This document shows positions 24,084-37,185 of a stretch of 64,000 bases of DNA, piece after piece. The stretch lies in the NCBI RefSeq assembly GCF_004010195.1, contig NC_057711.1:53557222-53621221 (forward strand), given 5' to 3'. The position numbers were made by a program, and so were the translations under genes. Source of the DNA: Chiloscyllium plagiosum (taxonomy: Eukaryota). Every line of letters starts with the position of its first letter. The stretch's first letter is position 1. The notes beneath the pieces are model-generated. The model was not told the DNA's origin and did not search any database. It was given only the letters and a program-made list of their open reading frames with translations.

Positions 24084-27000
24084 TATAATGAGACAGAGTA
24101 CAGGAAAGATAGCTTAGTGGCATGGTGTAAAGTCAACAATCTCTTCCCAGAGGTCCGAACATCCTTGACCATTACTGTACGATGATCAGAGATGCCTACA
24201 ACTCCATTCCCCACTCGCATTTTGGAAAATCAGATCACAACGCTGTGCTCCTCCTCCAGGTTTATAGCCAGAAACTGAAGCAGGAGGACCTAATACAGGA
24301 AGTAGCGCAGTATTGATTTGAGGCTTCTATGGGACTGATTAGAACATTCCACTAACTCTAATTTCAAGAAATCAGTAGGTCATCTAAATCAGTATGCCAT
24401 TACTATTAAAGACTTCAGAGACATTAATCCAGAAACCTTTGATGAACCAGGAGATCGACTCCCTACTGAAGTCCAAGTCTGAGGCATTCAAGTTGGGCAA
24501 TCCTGACCTATACAGAAAATCTAGGTATGAATTTCGCAAGGCCACCAGAGCACCAAAGTGAGGACGAGAACCCAGGCTAACCACAAGGATACCTGTCATT
24601 TGGTGCAAGGCTTACGCAACATAATGGGCTACAAAGTGAACTCAAACAGATACACAGTCAATAAAACATCCCTACCTGATGGGTTCAATGTATTTTATGC
24701 TCACTTCTGAACAGAAGATCAGTGAAACAATACCACCTGTCCCAACAGCCTTGGAGACACCAACACCCAAGGTCACCCATGGAAAGTGACTGGTCTGGAT
24801 GGAGTCCCAGCTGCACACTCAGACCCTGTGTAGACCAGATGGTGGGAGTATTCACTGACATCTTTAACATCTCCTTACTATAATCTGAAGTCCCCACCTG
24901 CCTCAAGAAGACCACCATCATCCTAGTGGCAAAAAATATCAGGCAGCATGCCTTAATGACTACTGCCTGGCTCTGACCTCCGACCCCCATAATTATGAAA
25001 TGCTTCCAGAGGCTAGTCATGGCTCACACCAACTCCCAGCCTACCAAATCGCCATGATTCTTTGCAATTCCTGTGCTGTCACATCGAGGTCCACCGTAGA
25101 ACCCATCTTCCTGGCCCTACGTTCATCCTTGAAATATCTAGATAACAAGGATATCCATGTCAGGCTCCTACTTATTGACTACAGCTCCGCCTTCAACATC
25201 ATAGTTCCAAACTCATCTCCAAACTCAGACCTAGATTTTGGCTCCTCTCTCTGTAACTGGATCCTCAATTTCCTAACCATAGAACACAATCAGTAAGAAT
25301 AAACAACACCTCCTCCACAATAATCCTGAACACCAATGCTCCTCAAGACTGTGTACTCAAACCCCTACTATACTTACTCCTTACACACTCACGACTCTCT
25401 GGCCAAATTCTGCCCCAACTCCATTTACATGTTTGCTGACATCATGGTTGTAGGTCAGATCTCAAACAACAATGAGACAGAGTACAGGAAAGATATTAAG
25501 TACTTAGCAGCATGGTGCAAAGACAATCTCACCATCAACATCAGCAAAATGAAGAATCTAGTCATTGACTTCAGCAAGCTGTTATGAAGATGGGGGTATA
25601 ATGTATCTTTAAGAGACTTAGAAGCTAGCAGAACCATGTGACAGCACCAAGCGTTTCCAATAAGGTAACAATTTAACACTTGGTCAAAAGCTAGATTAAC
25701 TGGTTTGCATGGAAACAAAACAGATTTGAATTAGGCCATGCAGTTTAAATTATACCCTGAAAAATACCAAATTGTAATCAAATTTGTCAATATACTAAAT
25801 TCAATCTTAAAAGCCAAATGACACAATCCAATGTTTTGGGGGTATAAAACAATGGAAAATTGAACAGTTGGGAGGAGAACTTCCAAGCCACCAGCCTGTA
25901 AAGGCTGCCCAAAAATAGCTCTCTTAAAAAGGTACCTTTATCGATCTGTAACAGGTGAAGCAGAATCCCCAAGACGACAGGAATATAGACATGGTTTGGA
26001 GAGAAGTAGTTTTGTTTTGTAAATCTAAATTTGGATTTTTATCCGACCAGTATTGTAGAGGGGAAAGTAAAAGATAGGTTAGAGGAAGAAGTTGTAGTAT
26101 TCTCGGTTATACTTTAAGAAATGAAGTGGTTAAATTTTTACTTTAAGTAGTTCTTGGCTTCTTGAACTTTCACATATTACTGTATAGGACAAATCCTTTC
26201 TCTGTTGCTGGTTTAAATTAAGCGGGGGGGGGGGGTTACCCCATGTCGTAACAGTTTGGGGGCTCATCGCCAGGATTTGAACTGATTTAGACAGATTTGA
26301 ATAGATTTGGGGGTATGAAAAATCCCAGCAAATTTAAACGCTTGCAGGTTAGTGTCCCAGATCTTTAAATAAAACATAGGTGAGGCAATTTGTTTAATTT
26401 CAGTGACTGGTGGTTGAGTAAATTAAAAGCAATAGAAATTTCATGGCCTCTTGAATTTTCACAGATTACTGCATGGGATAAATCTTTTGTGTTGCTGGTT
26501 TAAATTAAGCAGGAAGATTTAACTAATGTTGTAACAAAGCAGATTGGAGTACATGCCTGTCTTCATCAATGTTGTAGAGATGTAGAGATGGTCAAGAGCA
26601 TCAAATTCCTAGGACCAAATATCACCAATAATCTGTCCAAGTCCATCCATGTTGACCAACACCTACAAAGACTCTTTCCAATTTTTATTGATGCACATTG
26701 AAAGCATCTTGTCTGGATACTTTTATAGCTTGATACGGAAACTGCTCTGCCCAAGAAATTACTAAGAGTTGTGAATGCAGCCCAATCCATCATGCAAACC
26801 AACCTTCTATCTATTGACTCCATCTATACTTCCCGCTGCCTTGGGAAAACACCGAACAGTTTCAAAGACCCCTCCCACCCCCAGATATACTCTCTTCCAT
26901 TGGGCAGAAGATATAAAAATTTGAAAATACATACCAACTATTTCAAGAACAGCTTCTTCCCTGCTGTTAACAGAATTTTGAACAGACCATTCATATAGGA

Positions 27001-27163
27001 AAGTTCATCTTTCTCTGCACCTTCTCTGTAGCTGTAATACTACATTCTGCATTTTGTTCTACTGCCCTGAAGTACTTATGTAAGGTATTATATGCTTGGT
27101 TAGCATGCAAAACAATAATTTACACTGTATAAATCGGTGCATGTGACAAATAAATCAAATCAA
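24084..27163 (+). mobile_element. Decayed Rex1/Babar-like non-LTR retrotransposon, interrupted by an LTR element
   Basis: MKCFxRLV-coding DNA near 24995, LLIDYSSAFNIIVP, LCNWILNFLT, YMFAD, NISKMKNLVIDFSK, YFKNSFFPAV; tail AATAAATCAAATCAAA. Confidence 0.82.
25580..26536 (+). mobile_element. Internally deleted LTR element (5' LTR, PBS, short internal part, 3' LTR end)
   Basis: TGTTA...TAACA termini, 4-bp TSD AAGC (25576-25579, 26537-26540). First LTR ends TAACA at 26253. PBS-like TGGGGGCTCATCGCCAGGAT at 26257-26276. Last ~95 bp of the LTR repeated at 26441-26536. Confidence 0.82.
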
Positions 27164-27996
27164 AAATCTCACCATGGTATTTGGTGAAATTTAAATTCAA
27201 TTGATAAAAATCTGGTTAATCTTAATATTCGTAACCACAAAATCATCATTAATTGCCGTAAAAATCCATTAATATTCCTTATGGGGTGAAATCTGCCAAA
27301 CTTAACTGACCTACTTGTAACTCTTAGCTGAGCTCCGAATGAACCAGTAACCAACTCAGTTCAAGGGCAAATAGATTTTGGCCTTGTCACATCCTGACTC
27401 CTGAAAAGCTGTTCATGATCTACAAGGCAAGTCAGTAGTGTGATGGGATACTCTCTAATTGACTGGATGAGCACTGCTTGAAGCACATTCAAAAGCTCAA
27501 TACCAGCCAGTACAAAGCAACTGACTTGATCAGCACCATTCCACTACTAATGCACCCTGGCGGTAAGATGTAGTAGAATACAAGATACACTGTGGCAAGG
27601 CTCCTTTAACAGTACTTTCCAAACCTGTGACCTCTACAACCTAGAAAGACAAGAAAGTACTTTTATGGGACTACCAGCTGTAAGACCCCCTCCAAGACAT
27701 ACACCTTTCTGACTTGGCACCATGTCAGAATACCTTCAATGTTGGCGAGAATTATCTCCCTAACAGCACCATAGGTGTACCTACACCAGATTAATATGAT
27801 CAGGTGAGAAAGCACAGTTACCTTCTCTCTTTTTAAGTTCCTTTTGGACAGTTGAAACAAATACTTTTATTATTCTATTTAGTACGCAGCTAATTCAATT
27901 GAAACGATTAGATGAATCAGAATGAACCGGCCGAATTACAGTTTTCTTGAGTGAAAAGCGGAAATTTTGTTTTAAACCCGAGGCAAAAAAAAATCA

Positions 27997-28014
27997 AACA
28001 CACACACACACACA
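27997..28014. repeat. (CA)n microsatellite
   Basis: ACACACACACACACAC seen directly. Confidence 0.9.
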
Positions 28015-29679
28015 GTATTACGTTTTAATGTAGAGGGAGGAAAAACAAAGTGCAGAACGATGTCTACTATAAATAGTAAAGTAAGATCAATTGCAGTTTA
28101 AAGTTCTAAGAGCCCTTGAGATGTAAGAAAAAGCTGAGTCCTTGTTATTTGGTTGTTAACTTGTTTCTTCAGCAGTGACAAAGTTTGCTGACATCCTTGT
28201 GTTTGTGAATGGCTGTTGTCTCAATTTACTTTTTATAAATGGATGAAGCACATCTGCAGTGTTTCACTAGTATCAATCCAGATTTCAGATACCTTTAAAT
28301 CAACCTGCTATGATGTATCATGACATACTTCTAGAACAGCTGGGACTTGAACCTGGGCCTTCTAGCTCAGATGTAGGGACACTACCACTGTCCCAAAGCA
28401 ATACTTGTTCATTATTATTACACAATCTTATTTCTCTCTAGTCAAGTGATTATGCAAACCCTTTCAGGTTAAACTTCTGTCTGTTTTTTTTCCCAAAAGT
28501 CACTTGTAGTCCATGAAAGGCATCTGTTCTGTATTGCTAATTGCCCTTGAGAAGCAGACTCACCAGCAGCTGCTCAAGAGCAATTAGCAATACAGAACAG
28601 ATTCTGTCCCTAAGCAGTTAAAAGATAAAACCAGCATAAGCCCGTTAGAACATAGAACAAAATAACCAATGGTGGTTTAACCGGAGGGTCACCACACCTC
28701 ATGAGGTTAGGAGAATCCTTCATGGTAACTCAGCTGATGCAAAAATTGAACCTATGCAGCTGATGTTACGCTTGATCAAAACCAGCTGTTCAACCAACTG
28801 AGCTAACCAACTCCCAATCCATAGCCTAAGCAGTAACCCCTAACAAAAAAAACCTTAAGCCAAACTTTTGCTCAGTCAATTACAGAATTGTAATGACTGC
28901 CATTATAGTAAAACTTCTCAACTCTGCAAATGCATGTTTATGAGTGGTTAGTAAAAAGACAAAGCACAAGAACGACGCATTTAAAGTTCCTTCTCATCAT
29001 ACAGATGTGTGCATAATTAGAAACATGGAAATGGACAGTCATTTACATTCAAAATATGGAAAGATATGGAGAGAGACACAACTGTTTATGGGAAAAATAT
29101 GGCTTTAAAATTTCACACAGTTAAGTTGTACTCGTGTACACAAAACAGAAATTCAGAAAAAGACAAGAATGTTCTTGGCAGTACTTTTTTTTATTATAGT
29201 TGAGGTGTGTACTGGTAAAATACAAATTACTCCATACAGAATGTAAAGGTGAAGTGGAAGAATAACTTCAATGTGACAGAACATTATTAAAATAGTATTA
29301 CACCAAGTTGGTGCAGCGAGCGGAGTACAATAGAATATGGCCCAACTATAAAGACTTGTTAACCATGACATTACTTAACCAACCAAACATTCTGAAACAG
29401 ACAGTTATGGAAGATCCAATTCAGATCTACGTGTGTTCCAACTTTTGTACAAGTCCTAATGTCATTACTGGCATTTGGCTGTTGTCCTTATATTTTGCTG
29501 TACTCCATCTTCAAAATTGATCAGGGTTATAATGAAGTGGCAAATGGTAATCATTTAGCTTAGAATATTGAGTGCTTGAAACTGAAACAGCAGAACAATA
29601 ACAGTAGTGTATTATGGAGAAGTTAAAATATATTTGTTTTAACATGCTGATCAACATGAAATAGAAGTCACAGTTTTAC

Positions 29680-30405
29680 AGCCAATTAAATAATTTTTGA
29701 GTGTAGTCACTGTTGTAATATAATGCAAAGTAAGTAGTATGGCAGCCAAATTACACACATCAAACTCCCATGGCATCAACGTGATAATGATTAGATAGCT
29801 GTTTCTGTGATGTTCATTGAAGGGTAAATATTAGTCGAAGCATTGATAAAACTCCTCTGCTCTGCTCCAAGGTAGCGACAAAGCAATTTAAAATAAAACA
29901 TTCTTAAAATGTTGAGTGTAGATGTCTGGGATATTAATTGCCCATCCTTAATTAACTGCCCTCTGAATCCGCCAAAGGTAAGAGTTAACATATTGCTGCG
30001 GGCCTGGAGTCACATATAGGGCAGACAGGTATTGGAAGTCAGATTTCTTTCCATAGCAAATATTAGTCAACATGTTTGGATACTGTACCAATGCCAATTG
30101 ACAAAGGTTATTTGGTTGACAGTAGATTATCTTTTAAATTTGATATAAACTGAAATTAAATTTCACAACCTGCCATGGTGGGGGTTTAAGTATCTGTCCC
30201 TCGAATACGAGTCTGTATCTCTTTACTTACATTCATCCAGGACAGATTGGCCTTAGTTTAAAGCTCCATCTGAAAGTATTCTCTGACAGCATGCCGCACT
30301 ATTGCCAGCCTTGATTTTGTTTTGTGTGCTGATATTTCGGAGTGGCATATGAACCCAGAACCTTGTAACTCAAGTGACAGTTACACCTGAGCCATGGCTG
30401 ACACT
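29680..30405 (-). mobile_element. DeuSINE-like (SacSINE1/AmnSINE1-related) relic, split by another SINE at ~29915-30220
   Basis: GTGTAGTCACTGTTGTAAT...GGCAGCCAA...GTGATGTT...TAAATATT and GGCCTTAGTTTAA...CATCTGAAAG...TGAACCCAGAACCTT resemble the Deu domain and tRNA head as recalled; not database-verified. Confidence 0.6.
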
Positions 30406-31959
30406 TAAGAAATATGAAAAGGATGCAAAAGAAGAAGTGAAATATAACGTTGGCTAAGATTTGCAGCTGATGATAAATGAAGAGTGTTGAAGAATAAAGG
30501 GTGCAGGTACTGTTGCCAAAATTTGCTATCCGATTTAATGAAACTAGTGTGTGCTGGTAGCCACGAGGTAATTAACCTTAAGTAAGTAACAAAGACCATT
30601 ACCATGTTATGTTTAACAGACACAGTACACACTGTAGAAACTCAGCAGGTCTGGCAGCATCAGTAGATAGAGAAATGGAAAATGTTGACTCTGATATGAC
30701 GACTTCAGAAGATTTTGAGAGTCAGATGGTGAATTTTACATTCCACAACTGCAAACCTGCAAAAGGAAATTATAACAAAGGAGGAAGAGAAAAAAAAAGG
30801 AGCAAATGGAGGGAGATGTGCACCCTGGGAGATTAACGCAACAATCAATGAACAACATAATTTTCAAATTTGGGCCTAATGCAAACCTAACATAAATAAA
30901 CCTATGTATCTCAAAGCAACATGCTGTGCATTCAACAACCTCAGCCTAAATTGTTTACTTAATCTGGCCCTTTTCAGCTATGTACACTAAAGATGACAAT
31001 GCTTATTAACTTACTTACAGTGTGAAACGCTTCAAGTGCCTTTCCCTTTGCTTTCCAATGGATAGGCACTAAAATGTACCCTGTCTAATTCCTAAGCTAG
31101 CATTATTATCTGATTATTTTCAAGCCCCATCTTAGCTCTGTTGAGAGAGGAGTTACAGTTTATGGAACTAGATTGGCATTCAGCAATAAAATGAAAGCCA
31201 TATACTTTGGATGCTTAACTCACCATCACTTTAAGGACAACTAGGGATAGGCAATAAATGGAACTTGGGTGGTATTCAATGTATTGACATTTGAATTAAA
31301 AGGCAATGCAATTCCCCAAAGTGCTATCTGCAGATATGTTAAACATGTGAACTGAAGCAGATTTAAAAAACCATCCATTCACATCTGGAACCTGGTCTCA
31401 AATCAGCCTAGACTAGACTAATGGGATAACTGTCTCTAGTCTCTTGACTGCGAAGATCAGCCTGAAAAATATCACCCCAGTTTATACGACATGTAGACCT
31501 ACTGCTCAGAACTTACTTAATTCAGTAATTGTTACATTTTCACAAACAAAAAACATTGTTCTGTTGGAAATGAAAACACAAGTTTGTAACTGTGAGTAGT
31601 GGCAAAGAATTTTCATATCAGAAATATTACACTAATCGGACTTTCACTCTGCAGTTAAACATGAGATTAAACGAGCTGCAAAATATCTGTGGGATTGACA
31701 TTTGTGATAATGGATATACAAGATCAGAAATGGATATGAATGCCAATCTTTAAAATTAGTCTCAAATTCTAAATTTAGATGTTCTCTTTAACAGTTGTTT
31801 TAAAAATTGAATAAAAACACTTTGAGATGATAATGTGCTTTTATATAGGAAATGTTAACAATTGAAATATACAGAAATCACCACAAATTAATTTTTACAT
31901 TTACACTGTATTCACTTGATTGGAACTTCTTGCAATTTTTGAATTTTAATAAGCTCCTT

Positions 31960-32121
31960 TTAACCCCAAAAGCTTGCTGCTTCAGCACTCCATTTAATAG
32001 TCTGCATGTTTTCTCGTCGCTGTTTGGTGTAGATGTTGGCCTCTCCCTTCTGTAAACGTCTTCTGATTACTGTCTTCTGCTGTTTGGATAATTGTTGTTT
32101 AACTTTCCGTTTGATGACATC
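31960..32121 (-). CDS. RIOK2: RIOK2 terminal coding exon 10
   Basis: 162 nt, TTTTAG acceptor, DVIKRKVKQQLSKQQKTVIRRRLQKGEANIYTKQRRENMQTIKWSAEAASFWG-stop (TAA); matches the conserved RIOK2 C-terminus. Confidence 0.96.
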   Translation of the reverse strand, partial: DVIKRKVKQQLSKQQKTVIRRRLQKGEANIYTKQRRENMQTIKWSAEAASFWG

Positions 32122-33037
32122 CTAAAATAGCAAGCAATCTCAAATTAAATTGAAAGCAAATCAATGCAGCAGGATTTTTAAACACCTTGACAGCTTCTCT
32201 TCGACTTACTCTTGACACATTTGACAGTTCAAATGGGTTTCATAGTTCCATGGCCTTATACACCTTTCGGAAAAACTAATGCCTCCACTTAGTGATTCCA
32301 AAGCAAACCTGACCTCCCCAAACCTGTCTCAGGATCATATCCAAAGGAATATCTTGTCTCTCCAAAAAAGGTATCCTGGTTATTCATATAACTCCATGAG
32401 GTTCAGACCTGCTCCTACTACATCTGCTTTGTATACTCTTTGTTTCAGACACTCAGGCCACCAAAATTACACAGGAGCGGATACAGTTGCTATTTATGGA
32501 CAGTTGACAGAAATGTTAATAAAACTTGCTCACAAATACAGTAATTGTACAAGCTGTACACACTGGAATACACCCCCCCCCCCTGTTAATGATGACACTG
32601 CAGTGTTAGCACAGCAATAGCAAGACAAACCTAATATCCTTCAATATTCAACCAATTTAGGAAGTTATAATGGAAAAATATATAAGCAAACATCAGATTA
32701 AAAAAGCTTAAAACTATACATTATGCCCATTTCTATTTAGTAGGATTCAGTCAATAGGCAACTTCTAAACGGTATGCAATATGGAGCTCATATACAAAAC
32801 GTTTTGGAGTGATCTACCCATTTAAGAAACAAGTAGCAAAGGGCACTAGTGATAAGTGGTAGCCAAGTCATCAGGTTCCTCTCAAAGATGGTGAGTACAG
32901 AATGGAAGTTAGTAAGTCAGGTATAATCTACTGACCAAGCTGGAAAATGTTGTGCTTTGAAACCTGAAAGGCAATATCATTGTGTGCTACTAAGGCAAAA
33001 GAAAACTCAAAGAGACATTATAGAGTATAAAACGTAC

Positions 33038-33134
33038 CGGCGGGATTGTTGAAGTACTCATCAGACTTCCCACAGAACTTAAGCTGGTTGTCCTCTGTCT
33101 GTGCTCATTGACGTGCATCAAGCTGAGTTCATTT
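33038..33134 (-). CDS. RIOK2: RIOK2 coding exon 9
   Basis: 97 nt, AG/GT borders, NELSLMHVNEHRQRTTSLSSVGSLMSTSTIPP. Confidence 0.93.
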
Positions 33135-33908
33135 CTATGGAATGGAATAAGCATTTACAACTCAGTGAAACTGGCAATAAATTTACTACATTTTATGACA
33201 GATATACTAATATACCAGAAGAACCTATTATGGGATCTGTTGATAAATCTCCGACAGATATACTAGAACATAGTAACAGGTCATGGCAAGACTTTCAGTT
33301 CATTAATTCAACATTCCCTCCATGCATTTCTAATAACTTTGAATGCTTTACTGACAATAAACTGACAAAATGATCCTTTATTTCTTATTTCATCACCTTT
33401 GATTGTTTTAGTAAAAATAAAGTGCATTCTGATATTCTTTTGCTGTTTCTGCATTTATAATTCCTTTGCATTGAAATTCTGTTTAGCTTAAAATTTTAAA
33501 AAGTCCAAATCTTTCTAACACTTTTATCCTATCCTCTCATTTCAACAGAGACAGGTCATTCAGGATGAGCTGTATCCTTCCCCCATCTTCTCCAGGAATT
33601 AAATAACTCTGAAACAGTGAGAAAGTGGTTTCAGTACTCCAAATGTCATCTAACCAGGTAGGGATAACCTGGTACAAATAGTTTAAAACAACCTGTATTT
33701 ATTTTGCTATGGATTCAAACACATCATTTGTGCATTGTACTGTAAGATTTTAGTGAATCTCAAGACCTTCATCTCACTCAATATTTCAAAATATATTCCT
33801 ATTTAACATGCAATGCATGTTAACATTCTAACAAAATCTTGCATTTTCCTGTATTAAACCGTTCACCATTTCTCCACCTTCTAAGAGAGACAAGATTCCT
33901 TGTAAATA

Positions 33909-34260
33909 GAGGCGGCAGGTTGGCGCAGTGGTTAGCACTGCTGCTTCACAGCACCAGGGACACTGGTTCTATTCCCATCTTGGGCAAATGTCTGCATGGA
34001 GTTTGCACATTCTCCACATGTCTGTGTGGGTTTCCTGCAGGTACTCAGTTTTCCTCCCCCAATTCAAAGATATGAAGGTTAAGTGAATTTGCCATGATAA
34101 TTTACCCACAGTGTTCAGTGATGTGTAGGCTAGGTGCATTAGTCAGGGGTAAATGTACAGTAATACGGTAGGGAAATGGGTCTGGGTGGGTTACTCTTCA
34201 GAGGGTTGGTGTAGACTTGTTGGGCCTAATCGTCTGTTTCCTCACTGTAGGGATTCTATG
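33909..34260 (+). mobile_element. HE1-like SINE in RIOK2 intron 8
   Basis: A/B boxes, GGAGTTTGCACATTCTCC core, tail GGGATTCTATG. Confidence 0.88.
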
Positions 34261-36681
34261 AAATATTTATCATTTGTCATTGGTTTCAGTTTGATACTTG
34301 GATCAGAATTCTTTCTCAAAGTCATGTTTTCAAAATAGCACTTTCAATCTTGTGGCACTCCATTGGTAATTGGCAACCAAACAAATGGATGTTCATTTGC
34401 TACTACTTGTTCCTGACTATTACCCAACTAATTTAGTACATTCTTAACTATCCCACTGCCTTGGACTTTAGGCAGTCACCAATTATTTGTTGTTTCACAT
34501 GTCTTCCTTAAATCCAGGCAGATAACATTTATGATTTTCCTGGAAAGCAATCCAATAAACTAATTAGAGACACAATCTCTCATAATTAAAAGCTTGCTAA
34601 TGGTATCAGATTATCCCTTAAAATTATCAGCTAGAATATCTTGAAATATGAAGAGCAAATACAGATTTCACGGGTCTATAAATTGGTGTCTCATGCCTCA
34701 TCCATTTTTTGAAGATGGGGACAATTTGCTATAAAGATTGGGCCCAAGCCCACTTCTATATTTTCAAGCATATCTTCACTTTTAGTGAGTCAACTCCTCC
34801 TTGCATTCTTTATGTTCTTTTTCATTCTTTAGCGTTCCACTTTATGCTTGTGTTGGCATTCCCAATTAATCCTCTTTGCAGCCTTCCGTTTGGTCACTAC
34901 TTAGCCTTTGTTGATCTTGTTACCCTCAAATGTTATTTTCTATTACATTCTACCTCATGCCTTTCAAGTATCTAGTCTAGTCTCCTTATAATTTTTATTG
35001 GAAGAATCAAGTTCCTCCTAATTGGAATACATTCCTGTATGTGGTACTCATCCACTTTATAGTTTTCCGTAAAACTGCATTGAAAACTGCAAGATTGACT
35101 TTGCAATGTAATTAAGTTTGTCAACTCTATAGTTGGAATAGCCTACACAGCAAATACACGGTCTTCAGAATTTTATCATTCATTACTTTTGCTCTGTAGG
35201 TTAGTCTACAACGATGTTGTTATTACACTTTTTGCAACTGCACCAACTCAAAATATTGAAGCAATCTTTCAGGAATAAACTCCACCAGAGCACATCAATA
35301 CTCTATCTATTCATGCATTCCTCACACAGAAATCTAAATATTAACTATGTTGATATGAAAACAGCAATAATAATAACTGTACATCAACAGTACAGAGGAG
35401 AACTAACTGGCACAGGAAGCTATTATTCATTATTAATCTATTCAAAAAGGGGAAACCTACCCAGATGACCTTCTAGTGAACTCACTAGTCATGATCACAA
35501 TATTCCAAAGTTAAATGACAGACTTCAGTCATAGGAATGGAATACCTGATTTTTAGTCAGTACAGTGGAAATATTAATAAAACAAGTTTCTGCTTGCTAT
35601 CAATATCCACTGACCTCTACACACAAATGGTACAAGAACAAAGCTGGGCTCAAACTAAGCCATAGGCAAGGATAAAAATTCTACTTTAAAAAAATATGGG
35701 ATGTAGAAACAATATGGATGTAAAAGTATGTCTTTACTCCTCCTTCCCAAACTAAATGACCTACTATTTCAAAGAATATCTTGGAAAATAGAACATATTG
35801 GATACAATAATCTGTACAGAAATGACTTAGCATGCTAGAGATTTCATGAACTACAGGACCACTAACTTTTTAATATATTAATTCAGGAGATATGGACTAT
35901 TGCTCATCCCTCTATGCTCTTGTGAAGGTGCCTTCTTTAACTACTGCAGTCCATTTAGTGTAGGAACAATGCTGTTAAGGAGAGAGTTTCAGTATTTTGA
36001 TACTGAAGGAGTGCGTGGATAAGGGCGATGAGTGGTTTGGTTGGGAACATGCCAGTAGAGATGTTTCTACGTATTGACTGTCTGTGTCTTCGTTGATGGT
36101 AATGGCTGAGAGTTTGAAAGGTGCTGAATGGAGGAGAGTTTGTGAATTTCCGGCAGACAGTACATGCTGCTGCTACTGTGCATCGGTGGGAGTGGATGTT
36201 TGTAGAAATAGTCCCTATAGTCACTTTGCTTTGTCCTGAATGGTGTCAAGCATAAGAGTTGTTGGATTTCAGGCAAGTGGAGAGTATTCCATCATACTCT
36301 TGACTTGTGCTTCAGAATGCAGAAAAGAATGCCTTGCAGATAGTCGACAAGCTTTGCGCACAAGTTACCTGCTACAATTTCCCAGCCACTAACTTGCTCT
36401 TGTAGCTACAGTACATACTTAATACATTCAATTTCTGGTCAATAGTAACCCCTAGGATGTTGAAAGTGCAGCTTTTAGCAATAGTGATGGTATAGCTTAC
36501 AAGTGCATTGCATAACTTTTTAATAGATTGATCTGCAAATTGGTCTGCAGATCACTGAACACCAGAGAGGAAAAGGAAAACTTCAGCGAAACCATATGGA
36601 CAAAACATATCCAATATAAATAATGCGCTAAAGAAAGACATAAAGATGATACAAATCACAAAACCGCTGAATTAGTAGTAC

Positions 36682-37185
36682 CTGAAAGGTCTAAATTCCT
36701 TGTTTTGAGCTGATATATCCACTAAGTCTGGGCATTTGTCTTCAGCTCCTAGATCCTCATCACTCTGGCCCGAATGATGCACAGCTTCAGAGGCATGTTC
36801 AAGATTATACCCTGTATCGACTCCAGAGAGTTCAACAGTATCAACAACTTCACTATTTTGCTCTTCAGTTTTGCGTACATTTATTTTAAGATTTTGCAGA
36901 TCAATATTTCCAATTTCATTGGTTTCCGAAACATCCTTACATGTTCTTTCCAAAATTTTCAAATTAGTAGGAAACTTCTCAGAATCTGCATCATCTTCAG
37001 AAACCAAATCAACATTTTCAGATGTTTTATTTGAGAATGTACTTTCATCATCTAAATCATCTTCTGAAAATCCAGTTTCAACATCATCTGTTTCAGGGCC
37101 TGAAGCATATAGCAGTTCAGAATCTTCTTGGAGCTCTTTAGTGTAGCCACTAACTTCAATCTCCACATCCAGTGAAGCCACCTTA
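36682..37185 (-). CDS. RIOK2: RIOK2 coding exon 8 (long acidic linker)
   Basis: 504 nt within supplied ORF 36672..37232; starts KVASLDVEIEVSGYTKE and ends CPDLVDISAQNKEFRPFR; AG/GT borders keep phase 2. Confidence 0.94.

Noticed and set aside
29190-31950. RIOK2 polyadenylation signal
   Set aside because: Candidates on the minus strand (ATTAAA ~31945, AATAAA ~29190) cannot be distinguished without transcript data.
36774-37146. Plus-strand ORFs overlapping RIOK2 exon 8
   Set aside because: Antisense shadows of the real coding exon; no independent gene signals.
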